A stretch of DNA of 64,000 bases, taken from contig NC_042997.1 of NCBI RefSeq assembly GCF_006345805.1, positions 120,838,001 through 120,902,000 of the forward strand, read 5' to 3'. A program made the translations under genes and the position numbers. The stretch's first letter is position 1. Each line of letters starts with the position of its first letter. The notes beneath the pieces were generated by a model. It was not told where the DNA came from. It did not search any database and worked only from the letters and a program-made list of their open reading frames with translations. Positions 1-14,894 of this stretch are shown piece by piece. The stretch is from Octopus sinensis. Lineage: Eukaryota.

Positions 1-1145
1 ATGTGAAGGTATGTAGATTGCCGAGCTCGTCTATCTTAATGATTATTATAAATGGGAAACAAATATATGTATGGATGGATGGATGTAAAACGCTGATGAC
101 CCAGTAAGTTTCGGTGATTATAAAATCCTGTCAACACTGATGTTCAACAGGTTCGTGCTCACTAAAGACGTGAAAGCCCTTCAGTACGTGTCTCAGACAC
201 CATGTTCCAAGAGAGTCACCTGCGAAAACACAAGTTAGGTCTCATCGGACTGTGAGACACGTATATCTGCGTTGTTATACTTCATTAGTTGTAGACACAG
301 TATCTGTTTTTAACAGAATGTCGTTCTTAGACGAAAATAGTTAATCAAATGAATTCGTTTATATAACTTATGACCAGTGATGAATAAATAAAGCTGTGAA
401 ATCTATATATAACAGATTCGTGTAGATTGCCTTCGAAATTTCTAGTTGTAATTCACTTTACAGGCAATATGAGTGATGCTAAAACACGGACCTGAGGTGA
501 GATATTGCCAACAGATTGTAAGCCCCGTGTTTATGCATACATATGCCTAATCAATATTCATACGTGATTTTCTTCCTGCACAGGTCTCTAAGAACTGCCG
601 TTTTTACATGTAAACAACAAAATTTATTTGCTGGCCCGTGCGAAACTTTGTCAATGGGAAATTATTTAATTAGTTGTATAAATTTAAATGACTAAAACTA
701 CCATATTTATATTTCATAACTTCGCATGTACGGAATATATAGAAAATATCTCTCTCTTCCTCTCTCTTTCTCTCTGTTATTTGCACCGTATTCAATATCT
801 GTACAGTTGAGAGAAGGGTATACACGGACGTGTTGCATATAAATGTACGCCAATTCACAAACTCACATGTACAAGTACACATGCGTTTAGATACGTCTTT
901 CAATATGCAAATACAAAGACACGTACCAAGTAATGTATTATATATAAATGTATGTGCATTTGCGCGTGCGAGCGCGCGTGTGTGTATGTGTGTGTGTATG
1001 TGTTGTTTCGAATTTTGTCCTGCAATGTGTAACCTTGGGCAAGTGTGCCTTCTGATATAGCCTCGGGCCTTGTGAATGGATTTGGTAGGGGGAAGAAAAA
1101 GGAGCCCGTCGAATATATGTATATAAATCCTTAAATCTTTAAAGA

Positions 1146-1745
1146 TGTTTCAGCCCGAAGGCTGCGGCCATGCTGGGGCACCACCGTTGAATGAGCAACA
1201 GTAGTATGTGAATCCACCTCTGATACGTGGCACTTGGTCGACAAGGGAGTTCGATGCCACTGCCCGCATCTGTGTCTCCTGTCGAGAGGTAGGTTCATCT
1301 GGGACCCCCGACAAGAAGAGATCTAGTTCAATTTTAAAGAAACCCACATCCACACCATACAAGTCTCTCAGGCATTTAGGGAGGATGTTGAATAGGTGCG
1401 GTCCTCTGAAACCCAAGCTGTTGCAGTATCTGGTCCTGTATTTTGATGGTGATGTTGGAATCTTTGGCACCATGCAGTGGCGCCCCGTTCTGCGGTTGAG
1501 GTAACTTTGAATGCCAAAGTGTGGGACAAGACTCTCCAGGAATTTCTAGATGTATATCACTGCATATCGCTCCCGCCTTCGCTCTAGGGAGAAGAGTTTT
1601 AATACTTTCAGTCTTTCTCAGTAGCTGATATGTTGCATTGAGACGATCTTCTTAGTTTAGCTTCTTTGAATTGCTTCGAGTTCTGCAGTTAGCTTTATAT
1701 TGTGTGGTGATCATAGTTGGGAGCAGTAGTCCAAGCGGCTAAGGA
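1146..1745 (-). mobile_element. 3' fragment of a CR1/L2-like LINE (end of RT ORF plus 3' tail)
   Basis: ORF 1150..1473 (NSLGFRGPHLFNILPKCLRD...FKIELDLFLSGVPDEP) and upstream minus-strand text resembling ELEAIQR...Y*ERLKVLKLFSLERRRERY are typical of CR1-group RT C-termini. It is 5'-truncated and contains stops. Confidence 0.8.
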
Positions 1746-1802
1746 CGAAAGTTTTCCAAAGGACCATCGGTGTCTCCTTCTCTCATGTTCTGAAATTTCG
1801 GA

Positions 1803-1856
<54 letters not shown>

Positions 1857-2273
1857 ATGTGTGTGTGTGTGTGTGTGTGCATGTGAGTATATGTGTGTGT
1901 TGCCTGTGTATATGCTTGTACCTGTGCGTGTGTGTATGTTTTTCTGTCAGTGGTTATTCGCTACAACCGATTAACATCCAGTACTGGCAAGTTTAAGTTC
2001 GCGAAAGTTAAAGGTTTCGGAAAAGAAAATGATAGCAAAAAAAGCAACAGCATAGCCGCACCTTAATGACTAAAGCAAGCACATGATAAAAGATATGTAT
2101 GTTGGCAGAGATTTATACGCACATGTATCCATGTAGGCAAATATGTGTATATTTATATACATGTATAAGCGGTTGTGTTTTTTTTAAAGAACGCGTTTTG
2201 TGAACAAATATGTAAGAATGAAGGACGCGTAAATTAAGCTGAAAACGCTGTCTAGTTAGAAAAGTTCTTTATA

Positions 2274-2648
2274 GGCGCAGGAGTGGCTGTGTGGTAAGTA
2301 GCTTGCTAACCAACCACATGGTTCCGGGTTCAGTCCCACTGCGTGGCATCTTGGGCAAGTGTCTTCTGCTATAGCCCCGGGCCGACCAATGCCTTGTGAG
2401 TGGATTTGGTAGACGGAAACTGAAAGAAGCCTGTCGTATATATGTATATATATGTGTGTGTCTGTGTTTGTCTGTATATGGTGGTGTGTTTACGTCCCCG
2501 TCACTTAGCGGTTCGGCAAAAGAGACCGATAGAATAAGTACTGGGCTTACAAAGAATAAGTCCCGGGGTCGATTTGCTCGACTAAAGGCGGTGCCCCAGC
2601 ATGGCCGCAGTCAAAGGACTGAAACAAGTAAAAGAGTAAAAGAGTAAA
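2274..2648 (+). mobile_element. tRNA-derived SINE, full length
   Basis: A-box-like TGGCTGTGTGGTAA and B-box-like GGGTTCAGTCC, an internal (TA/TG)n linker, and a 3' end GGTGCCCCAGCATGGCCGCAG...GAAACAAGTAAAAGAGTAAAAGAG. Related copies lie at about 1035-1110, 3830-4150, 15483-15895 and 46905-47050. Confidence 0.85.
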
Positions 2649-2684
2649 TAGCGAAGTTTCCCCTCAATCATCCTCTCAGCGTCG

Positions 2685-2730
<46 letters not shown>

Positions 2731-2849
2731 AATACATATATATATATATATATTATATATATATATATACATATATATTATTTAATTTAAATTAAACGCC
2801 ACGATTCCATTTCCAAGTAAGTTTCTCTCCATCTTTTTTGATGCCACTC

Positions 2850-3300
2850 TCTACTCTATACTGACTTCTTCCTCCATCCTTCTCTAATTCCCTTTTTGTC
2901 TCCTCTCTCCTCCACCATTTTCTATGTGCCTCTTTCTCTTTTACTTTCTCCCTCTCTCATTGCTCAGACGCGACCATCGTCCATCTTTCTTTTCCTGCAT
3001 GGACGTTCAAACGAACGGACGTGTTTCTCTCTCTCTCTCCCTCTCTCTTCTATCTTTTCTTTCCTTTTTGCTAACGAATGTTTCTCCCAGTATTCACTAT
3101 TTTTCTCTCGTCCTGGTCAAACTACCCTGCATGTTTGTTTTCGTTCGGTTTTCACTGCCATTCTTTTATTCCCAGCTTTGACCCTCCATTCATCCTAAAT
3201 TTTACTTTACAATTTATGGGAGCAACTCTGTCTCTGAGGGCTCATATTGTCACTGAATGCTCGAAATGAGGAATAGATAGATAGCTGAGGACTGATATAG
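2850..3300 (+). repeat. Dispersed repeat, related to 35220-35650
   Basis: Shared blocks such as CTTTGACCCTCCAT, GAGCAACT and GGCTCATATTGTCA occur in the same order at both loci. The family is not identified; possibly a PLE 3' remnant. Confidence 0.55.
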
Positions 3301-3829
3301 TGTCCTTCTTCTGTGTTAACTTGTCCTGTTTTACACTTTTTCGCGTTGTTTCCGTTTATCGCGAGATCCCCCCCCCCATTTACCTACGTATTTCATGCTA
3401 TTTGCAACGTTGGTGACGTCCTGTAGCCACATATGCATGCATATATATATTATCAATAATAATAATGGGTAAAATTAATTAATGAATTAATAATTAATAA
3501 TTTTACCAAGTAGTTCAGTATGTTAAAAGAACCATTACCGGTAACATTATACAAAAATTCAATAATTATAAGCTTAAATATAATTAGGGTTCAGGAAAAA
3601 TTGCGTCACTACATACTGAAATTTAAAAATAGCAGTTGTTTTAATTGTAATTGAAGAGAGATAGCATAAAGCTAGTAGCAATATTCTGCGAGTCATAGAG
3701 GAAGCTGGGATAATTTCAAGAAATAAATATTAACATTTACCGATAATCGCAAATCTGATGCAATTACACTTGTTTTCGTTAATTGTGATGTACTTGAATG
3801 AATAAAAAAAAATTTTTTACTGTTTTATT

Positions 3830-4150
3830 CATTTTCTCTTTTATTTGTTTCAGTCATTTGACTGCGGCCATGCTTGAGCAGCTCCTTTCGTCGAGCAAAT
3901 CATCCCCAGGACTTATTTTTTGTAAACCTAGTACTTAGTCTATCGATCCCTTTTGCCGAACCGCTAAGTTACGGAGTTGTAAACACACCAGCATCGGTTG
4001 TCAAGCAATGTTGGGGAGGGGACAAACACATACACATATATATATACATATACATATATACGACAGGCTTCTTTCAGTTTCCGTCTACCAAATCCACTTA
4101 CAAGGCTTTGGTCGGGCCGAGGCTATAGTAGAAGACATTTACTCAAAGTG
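3830..4150 (-). mobile_element. SINE copy (same family as 2274-2648), 5'-truncated
   Basis: Reverse-complement similarity: TTTCAGTCATTTGACTGCGGCCATGCT...CGACAGGCTTCTTTCAGTTTCCGTCTACCAAATCCACT. Confidence 0.8.
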
Positions 4151-7100
4151 CCAAATATATTATATACTGACCATTATCCAATCGACTATGTTTTAATGAA
4201 CATCAAGAAAAATACTCCCCAAATTCTGTAACGGTCAGAAATGATTCTAGAATTTATGCAATGTTTATGATAATGATTGAATTACCTGCTTCGTTCAGAA
4301 GTTTATTTACCTGATGCATGTTAACGCACGTATTACTTCATAAGAGTATATATCTGCAAACATAAATCAACCTTCAAAAATTAACAAACTGATGGCTCAT
4401 ATTTTCTGTGAATGACGCGTTGTACTACAGTTACTGCTAAGTTTGCTTTTGGAGTTAAAATTTAATTTACTATATTTAATCTCGTTCTCAAATGTAGTTA
4501 ATGAAAGAATACTGAAAAAAGTAAGCAACGTGAAGGATGTTTTCTTCGCCACAGTATATCAAATAAGATATTAAAATAGCGGGGATTAATATGTTACATA
4601 GAAGAACATACATGCGATACGATAGATCAAGAGATTTTCAAGCTTCAGTTGTTCGCCATTTTATAGTGCAAATATCAGCAAATATCACTTATAAAAATAT
4701 GAACATTAAATGATCTTATAATCGAATAAATTGCGTGAGGAAGACAATCAATATCTATTTCCATTAATGGGATATTGTTGGAAGAAAGTTCAAACTTTTC
4801 ACATCAAAGAATATAAAAATAGCATTAATAAAAAGAAATACGTACGATATTACTAATGACAATGGAGATATTATGAATGAAATCCAAATACAAAGGATGG
4901 TTTGAAACCGAATGCGGTAGGCCGTTAATGAAAGTTTATATGGGCCTCACCCTTTAAAGAAAAGGTTTAACATACATACTATGTATGGTTAGTTATGCAA
5001 ATTCCGATACATGTGCACACATACATACACGCACAAAAGTATTCCTTTCTCGTAGACATGCAAAGCAATGTAGATATCAGCAGGTTTCATTTTCAATCTC
5101 ACCAATTGTTACTTCTGCAAGTGAATTTAAATGCAGCTCCCGTGTGTGTCATATCAGCGCAGGTGTTGTTTTGAAGGTGCGCGTGCTCGCATGTGGGCAT
5201 GCCATGATCGGACATTTAATTACTTGTATGTTGAGAAGACCAATTTACTTCATATTTTGTGTTTATAATACTGGTTTTATAAAATTGGATTCAAGTATTG
5301 GCTAAAGGCCAGCAATTTCTTGGACTGGCAGGAAATCGTTCACTCAACAGGTATTTATGTTATCATCTTCGAAAGGATGAACGGCAAAGTTGACTGCAGC
5401 TGAATTGAACTCTGAAATTAAAGTCGCTAAGCATTTTGTCAGGCGCGGAGGCAATTTTGCACACCATAACTGTGTTTATAGTATTCTGTTTGTTGATATT
5501 TAAAAACACGTGTTGGAATGTAGAAAAGTTTTCTTCCCCATTTTAAACGCACACAACTGTGTTAAAAACGACTTTTTAAAAATTATAATAGTATCATCTA
5601 AAATATATGGATACTTACTCTATTACATGATAGTACACAAATGATGCTTTGTTATCAAAGCAGTATATAATTAATACACAAATATACAAATGTGTATATG
5701 TGTGCTTATATCTGGTGTGTATGTGTGTGTTTGTGAGTGTGTATCAATGTAAGTATACATGTATATGCATATATGTCAAGGACAATATTTAGCGAATTAC
5801 GTTTTTTTTTTGTTTTTTAGGTGTTTACAATTGTTTCATCATCTTCAATTGAATAAAATTTGCTTAGTGTTGTTACCATTTCCGCAACATCTGGTTTATC
5901 TCTGTGGACTGAAAAATCGCACCATATTCGAATCAGCAAATCTGAATGTTACCTAAACCAATAAGCGTATTCACTTTCTAATTTCACCGGAAGTTGTATA
6001 TACCCTTTTAATTTAACCGTAAGTAGGCAGTCATAATTAAGCAAATCAATAGAAGAGTATTATAGCTACCTACTGAAGATTAGATTAACATAGTATATTA
6101 GTTTTTTGTTTATTGTGACGTTTGGAAGTGTTGTCTTCAACATCGGTTGCCACGGACCGATTTCACATTGTAGGGAAATAAAGCAGTACTTATTGTTGAC
6201 ATGATAACGTAATGATGCAAGATTGGTTTAATTCAATTTAGTGAAGCAATTGTAAACTAAGCAATAGACGCAGTCAGTTAACTCTATTCTTCGATGTTCT
6301 TTGGTTATATATATTTGACAGATGTCTGGTGTGTTTCCCGTGCCATGACTTCCTGGAAGATCTCCCTACTTTTGACCATCCGAGCAAGTCTGTCCTGAGG
6401 CACACTCCTGAATTATTCATACCAGTTCATATTCTATATATGTTTATAGCTAGTACAGTGAAAAATGAACATAATTGCATACAAGGAAGACGACAATAAT
6501 TTATAAATATTTCTCAACATCTCTCTCGAAACAATAACGCTGTCAAATATTACATGGTTACGGTGATATATGCATACATACATACATACATACATAAATA
6601 TACAGATAAACACACAAACACATACAAGCACAAACACACACACAGCATATTCTACAGAAGAAAATATATGTATTCACATACATACATATATACAAGTATA
6701 TATATACGTATGTATGTATATACTTTTTTCAGTAATTTTTTCTTGTTTCGAAATCTTATCCAAGTATAGGCAAGTATCTATATAATTATATATTCTATTA
6801 TTTAGCTTAATGTTTAAAATAAAATGTTATTTTCATAAGCAAATCGGTTCAAAATTTATAGCATAATTATATAAAAAAATAGTATTTATTTGTATCGTAA
6901 AACTAAGTTTTCGATGCAAATGGCAATTATACACCAACATATACACTTCTATATATATTCTTGAACAATATATCTATACACACACATGTAAGCACATATG
7001 TGTGTGAATACGAAATTTAGATACAAATTCATATATAAATGTGTGTATATATGTATGTGTGTGTGCATATATATACATATATATATGCATATATATATAT

Positions 7101-7962
7101 ATATACATTTATACATAGATAAACAGATGGATAGATAGATACATACATACATAGATACGTCGTCTTGTTTGAAATAGTTATTTTTAATTTTCATTTATTT
7201 GATTAGACTATATATGCTTTTGTGCGCATGTGTATGTGCGTGTGTGCGCGCGCGTGTGTGTGTGTGTGTGTTTTGTGTGTGTGTGTCTAGTGTAACATAT
7301 TTGTATATGTACGTATATTTCTTCTAAGTTCGGGAAAGAATACTAATAGACAAATGTGAAAACACTTAATACGATCTTAAATAATTCATGACAATATCTC
7401 TAAAACTATATTCTCTTTTGTTTTTCCCTTCAATTCTTTCAGCTTCATGTAATTTAAAGTTCGCCATATTCATCGTATAACTTTCCAAAACATATTGCGT
7501 TACCTTCCTTTCTCTAAATTCAATCTGCCTTCTTGGTATTTTGGTAAAGGCTAACTATCTACAATTCCTCTAATATTTTTGTCTCAACGTATATATTTTT
7601 GTCATTATATTTATATGTATTATTCATGTATCTTATCAAATGCAAATTATAGCGAAAAACTAATTTCTGTTATGGAAACTTAAATTTTCTCAGCTCATAT
7701 ATGAATAATCTCACACCGAGTCATACACAAATTTAGAATATCTTTACATTTATATATAAATGGCTCCTTCTTTCAACCTATCACGTATACTAACCGATAT
7801 TTATGTTATATTAAGTTTTTAATATTGCATTTAGTTTTCTCTGCATATAATCATCTCTCTCTCTCTCTCCCCACCCTTTATTTCGCTCTACACACCCACA
7901 CATATGCATATAAGTGTGTATTTATATGCGTATGGTGCATATAATTTAATGGTGTGACTGTG

Positions 7963-8016
<54 letters not shown>

Positions 8017-8158
8017 CACAGTCATGCATACGATTATATGCGGCATACGCATATAAATACACACCTATATGCATATGTGTGGGTGTGTAGAGCGAATAAA
8101 GGGTGGGAGAGAGAGAGAGGTGATTATATGCAGAGAAAACTAAATGCAATATTAAAAA

Positions 8159-8224
<66 letters not shown>

Positions 8225-8481
8225 GTGTGTGTGTGTGTGTGTGTGTGTATACACAGATATATATGTACACAGAAATGATAATATAAATAGACAAACTCAT
8301 AATCATTGAAATTTATTTACATCTAAAATTATTCATGCAAAATATTTATTAATTGTTATCATGTGGATATTTAATATCTATTAGACATGCCCTTTGTATT
8401 TTTCAATGCAAGGACCCTATTAGGCATATTACCGATCAAATGACAAATATCGTCTTGCGAAATATCTGGCCAAATTTCATG

Positions 8482-9345
8482 CAGTGGTCCCAAACATTCT
8501 GGCTTTGAAGATGCTGTCTTTTCCTCTTTACGCTGTGTCCTAGCCATTATAACCCAGAGGTGTGCAAATGGGTATATATCTGGGGATTGGTTTGGACATG
8601 GAAGCTTTTAATGCCATTCTAATTCAACAAATCTTGAGTCCTTTTAGCAGTGTAACAAGGAGCCCCATCTCCCATAAATAAAGAGTCTTTTTAATCATTT
8701 AACCACTCGAGAAGTTTGGAAGGAGACCTTTCTGCAATATGGACATATATTTGTATTATTTGATTTTTCCCTCATATTCCATCAGCTCTGATCTATCACT
8801 GTTCCAAATTGGTACCTAGACCCTCACAGAATAGATGCCGTGTTTCGTTGTTGTTTGCAAACTTTTCACATCAAATTAACGATCACAGTGTCTCCACACC
8901 AACACCCGCCCACTTATGGAAATACAGCAGATCTAGACTCATTAGAGAATATAACTGTGTCCCAAAATGTTAGTGGCCTCCTCACCATCTCACTGGCCGC
9001 ATTTTGACTCCGCTTGATTTCGCTGGTCGAAGAAGTGGCTTCCTTCTTGCTGCTGTACAATAGTAGCCAAGTTTTCGGAGATACCTGACATCGTATTCTG
9101 CTATGTCAGAAGACTTGTAACGAAGATTATCCTCCATACTTCTCTTAACAAAGAGAAGGGTCCAGCCTGAGGGATCTGATTAATTTCGGTGAGGTGATGT
9201 GGATTTCTTCCTCTGTCTGGTGATTCGCAGAATTACTATATTAACTGTAGAAAGCTGGATCCGAAGGTTTTCTGCGAGTTTACGTTGAGTTCTTCCACCT
9301 TCAGTTTCACCATAAATACGGCCTTTTTGAAATTCAGACAGTTGC
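8482..9345 (-). mobile_element. Degenerate Tc1-family DNA transposon (transposase pseudogene)
   Basis: Minus-strand translation gives LSEFQKGRIYGETEGGRTQRKLAENLRIQLSTV (HTH region), YLRKLGYYCTAARRKPLLRP, FWDTVIFSNESR (W..V.FSDES), GAPCYTAKRTQD and a degenerate P.QSPDINP..HLW. A possible TIR end CAGTGGTCCCAAAC lies at 8482; the other TIR was not found. Confidence 0.75.
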
Positions 9346-9699
9346 TAAGCTTCTTTTGTACGTGGTATGATTAAACAATCTCATATAGAACCTGAAACAT
9401 AAAATTGTCAATTAACAAAAGATATAAACATTTATAAGTTAAAATAAACATAAAACGATATTTCATGGCTTGTAAGTTTACTTCTGTCACATCTGTGTAT
9501 ATGTGTGTGTGTGTATGAGTATGTTTATTATGTATCTGTGTCTTTGTATATTTGCGTCTGTGTGTGCGTGAACAGGCGCGCTTGTATGTGTTAAGACAAC
9601 GGTGATCTGACAGAAATAAGTCAGCATGATCATTGGTCTGTATATGGGCAACATAGAAAAATATTTCAAATTTTATACGACATAAATTCTTGTTTTTTT

Positions 9700-10960
9700 A
9701 AGAGGGTTGGCTGATAAGTTCATGGGCTGACTATGAAGCAATGACGTTAGAGCTGTGAAATGTTGCATGCCTCGAATTCAACCCATATTATAGATAGCTG
9801 CATGTTTTTTTTTATCTCCTGAAATGATATCTGGCTGTCTAAAGAGAACTTCAAATGAAGTCTTGAAAAGAAATTAGTAGCGACTTCAAAGAAAACTTAA
9901 AAAGAAATTAGCAACGAATTCTCTTGGAAATGGACAAAATTTTACATGTGCTGATCAAATAGCTGCTGGAAAAGTGTTTGACCCTGAAGGATATCAATGC
10001 TGGAAAACATTAGATACATTAGAGGTTTACGGTCCAGTTTTATAATCAGTGCAAAACTGGAAAGCTAAATTTAGGAAGAGAGTGATACAGAGAGAGAGAG
10101 TGAGAGACAGATTTGAATATGGCCCAAGATGTAGACGTTTTGCAATTGCTTTCACATATGAAACCTCTGTCACAGGGGAAATATACGAAGTTATAATAGA
10201 CAATGCTATTAGACCATCCCGTGGGTGAGTGAAGAATATTCTGCACAATGATCTTGGTGTGACAAAGGTTTCTGCTCTGTGGGTGCCAAGTCACCTGACT
10301 CCTGATCAAAGCGCACCAGGGTGATCACATAACAGGAAAATCTGACATTGTTTGAGACTGATTCAGCTGGTTTCATTGGACGTTTCCTAACCCAGGATAT
10401 GTGTTGGTTTCGTCACTTTGAGCCAGGTACAAAGACATAATTCATGCAATGGAAACAATCTTATTCACTCGCTCCAAACAAGTCCAAGGTCGTTTCATCT
10501 GTAGGGAAAGCGATGGTGTCAACATAGGGGAATACAAAATATATTGTGCTTATTGCCTTTCTTAAAAAGAGCCCCACGATCAATGAAGAGTGCTATGCCA
10601 AATTGCTGAGCCAGTTAATAAAAGCTATCAAAATCAAATACCTAGGAAGACTGATGAAAAAGTCTGTTTTATCAGTACAATTTTCCATTGGTTTCAATGG
10701 CTGCTGTGCGTGACTGCGGCTTTGAATTATTTGATCACCCGCCCTATACTCGTGATTTGGTCCCATCTTACAATATTCTTTTACGCAACATGAAAATCAA
10801 CATTTGGCAGGGAACCAGTATCTTAGTGATGATGACATTATATCTGTTGTTGACTTTATTATTTACCAAGATGAATGATTCTTCATTAATAGGATCCAAG
10901 CACTACAACGACGATAGAAGAAGAGCATGAACAGTAAGGGGTACTGTTGGAAAATAAATG
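9700..10960 (+). mobile_element. Degenerate mariner transposon (transposase pseudogene)
   Basis: Motifs KVSALWVPSHLTPDQ (WVPHEL-like), FLTQDMCWFRHFEPGTK, GFELFDHPPYTRDLVPS (YSPDL-like). TIR-like GAGGGTTGGCTGATAAGTTCATGGGCTGAC near 9703. Multiple stops and frameshifts. Confidence 0.8.
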
Positions 10961-13499
10961 GTCATATACCATGGGAATATCTTGTCTAACATGAAATTTT
11001 CCGCCGTTCCTTGTAAAATTTCCTCTATCTCTAGAGGAAGTATCATAATTCGCTAACTGGGAACAACTCCATGTAAGAAGGTGAGACAATTTCAAGAACC
11101 ATTAATTTTCGGAATTCAATATAACTTTAAGAAAAATACTATGTTTGAAGATAAGTCGACAACTATGGAGACGTCTTCAGGAGCGGTTCAAACTGCCATT
11201 TGATTAATGTTACATACTCGCTTGAGATAATTTAAATAAATCAAACATTTGCATTTTATTGAATTCGTTATATATGTATTGGATGATTTCCATATAAATA
11301 GCGCAGTCTATTCTAAGTCCAGTGTCAGCTCAATTTTGTCTACATGAACATGTCTCCTGAGAGGAGGCAACTGCTCAAGAATATTGTCTTGCTGCTGAGG
11401 CCTATTAATATAGAAACATATGTACACGACTGTTCTCTTACCCACAGGCAATTCGCTCGACATCTTCCATAATGGCAAGTCAGCAACGAATAACTTTAGA
11501 ATTTTGAAATTTGAAATGATTGTAATTTTAATAAATTACCATTTCAATCATATAGTTTTAATAACTTAAAAAACGACTTGGCAAAATGGATTTCTGAAAA
11601 TAAATTTTGATGAATTCAGCAACAAGTATTGCATGGAAATGCATATATATCATAGCTATTTGCATGTATATTGTTGCAATTATATATGTGGAAATCATGC
11701 ATTTATCAGCATCATCTGGACGTGAGAAATTCTTGTGAAACGTGCTCTCCCCAGAGTTCCTAGCACATGCTCTGGTCTATGCTTTGCTTTTCAGTTTATT
11801 CCACGTTATCCATGACAAATTAATTTGTTTACATGGGTGTCTTGACTAGCATACTTTCTTCTGGTTCCGATCCAAATCATACGTTACAAGGTGCAAGGGA
11901 TCATGTAAATGTATGATCTATTTATCTCTTGAAAAGTTTCAGCATGATACGCCTCAACAGACACATTGTTTTCTCGTGATTTTTTAAAATGTTGAAAACT
12001 TTATTCAATTTTGCACTCAGTGTTTTACCTTTAGCTCTATTACTCACGATTCCTAACTATTTTCCGTCTGGATATTACTAGCATACCCCATCTATCATTA
12101 CGCTTGAATTAATTTATTTCTCTTTCTGTGATTGATAGCTAATACGAATTTTAATGACCCTTGTGAGCAAATATTAACAACACTAATGAGCAAATACGTT
12201 TTCACCAGCTTTTCAATTCACTTGATACATTTCAAATTATCATTCGAATTTATTGAATAGCTTTATAGGGGAGGGTTTATTTCGTTGCTTGTGTTGATAC
12301 TGCCACAGCTGTTAATGTTTTTTTCATTGATGTGTTCTTGTAACCAGGTAGCCTTAATTAAGAAGATTTATAGCTTGGATGTATTCGACCAAATGATTTT
12401 CAGCATTTATTTCTCATTTTCAATGCTCCACATACAATGTGAATCTGGCCCATTTAGGAATGCAGTGTGTTTCATGTTCAGGAGAATATTACTTCAGCAT
12501 CATTATCTCATTGTAACTTCTTCAACTGAGAAATACACTCATGTATGTTCATGAGCAGAATTTTACTGTACTTTCTGTTCTCTCTTTTTGTTGCCTTTCG
12601 TTACCAACAGAATTTAGCGTACGCATTCATAAGGATACCGGTTAGACATGTTACACTAATGCCTGGCTATATACAGGATACCTACAAAAAACTGAAGAAG
12701 AAATACTTTTCAAACACAATATTCATAACACACACACGCACATACATATATACCACACACACACCTAAGTCACACATGCACACATCCTCAATCCCCTTCA
12801 CACATACACATATTTAAACAACAGAAAAATAACTGGGAGTGCTCGGATGAATGCATACGAGTGTCATAGACAAACACAATAGATCGTTAAATCGTGATTT
12901 ATTAAATTTATCTCCGACTCTACCAAATGGCAATTGAAAACAGCACCATATTAGAACAGGAGATAATTTCAAGAATCCTCAAGGGCTGTTAGAATAAAAA
13001 ATTCAAAAAGATGGCATGACATTGGCATTATGAAATAAAGCAGGAATATTGCCTGAAAATAAAAGTACAGTAGCCCCACGTCATCTCGCGGTTCACCTAT
13101 CACACTCTCTGGTTAATATGTGTAAACTTATATCGCGTGTTTTTGCGGTTGATAGCTATTTATATTGTTTTATATTTCAATTATTTCTGTGCTAAAATAA
13201 GCATTTCCATGCCTGTAAATTAATTAATTAATACATAAAAATACAGTAGAGTTCTGCACTGTATAACACATTAATTATATATAAAAAAAATTATATATAC
13301 TAAAAGAAAATACGTAGTCTACTGTAGATGTGTAAACAAAGAATGGCCCATATTGTATGGAAAACGAAACTCGAGAGGCGAGTGTGTTGCGCCGTTTTGC
13401 ATTTATAATAAAATAGATATATACAAATTATAAAATTAATTTCAAAATATATACAGTAATGTTTATACTTTGCGGATTTTCACCAATCCCAGTGGGATT

Positions 13500-13875
13500 T
13501 GATACGGAACGCCGGCGATAGTTGAGAGATTAGTGTTCAGTTACAACGCGAGTTTCGGCATCAGAACTACACTTGTGCTACCTCTACCTTCTTCAGTATT
13601 TAAAGAATTATAAAAACAGAAGTTTAGGTTCCTACCCGAATCATATTGATTCATGAGGGCCGGTTTCCCGGTTTTCATGGTGCATATTTTCCCCACCTGG
13701 ACGGGACGCCGTTCCGCTGCAGGATTATTCATCTTTGTCAGCTGTATGGGGCGGAGCAACGTGAAATGAAGTGTTTCTGCTCCAGAACACAATGTTCGGC
13801 CGGTGCAGGAATCGAAGCCAAAGAGTTTTCGATCATGAGTTTAACACCCTAATCACTGAACCACGCGCCTTCACG
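13500..13875 (-). mobile_element. tRNA-derived SINE (second family)
   Basis: Minus-strand head GTGAAGGCGCGTGGTTCAGTGATTAG...GGCTTCGATTCCTGCACCGG with A/B-box-like motifs. Related head at 46740-46880. Confidence 0.7.
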
Positions 13876-14309
13876 ACAAAGAGTCAGATAAAGGAAAAAG
13901 AAGATAACAACTCTAAAACAGGGAAATACATTTATTAATCTAATAATTTGCATAATTTAAACAAACTTGAGGTAACAGAAATAACTAGAAAAAAATTCAG
14001 AATGAACTGTGGCAATGTATTTTAATAGCATCCACAAATACAGACATAGAAAATATCATTCCAGGGGTTTCTGAAAACTTCTTGGCTTTGGTTAAAGGAA
14101 AATAGCAGAGAATCAGTTAATTATAATTTTATTCAATGTTTTCCCTCTCAAATTCACACATTTATTCCAGAAGTCCTTCAGATTTTCTGAGTCCTGCCAA
14201 AAGAACTAGGAAAATTGGCCTATAAAACCAGGAACTTTTCAGCACCACCACGTATAACATACACGTAGATATATGCATACATTTATATACATACATGTGT
14301 ATAAATGTC

Positions 14310-14681
<372 letters not shown>

Positions 14682-14894
14682 TAACGTGCACACATATGCA
14701 CAGACCATCCTACCAAATATTAAACACACACAGAAACATTTACATATACAACATATGGATAGTATGTCCTATCTAGAAATCTTGCATAAAGTTATTCTTT
14801 CATGTGCCCGAAAGCATTTGGGCCGATCTTGGAATTTCCAGCAATGACAATGACACGAAACAAAATTCGCACCTAGTCACAGATTATATTAGGC

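Noticed and set aside
92-265. CTGATGA at 93, and CCGATGA...GAGACACGT on the minus strand
   Set aside because: No consistent three-stem junction could be built.
3234-3270. CTGAGGG...GCTC GAAA and the related 35608-35645 CTGAAAA motif
   Set aside because: Core positions are mutated and there is no stem III or cleavage triplet.
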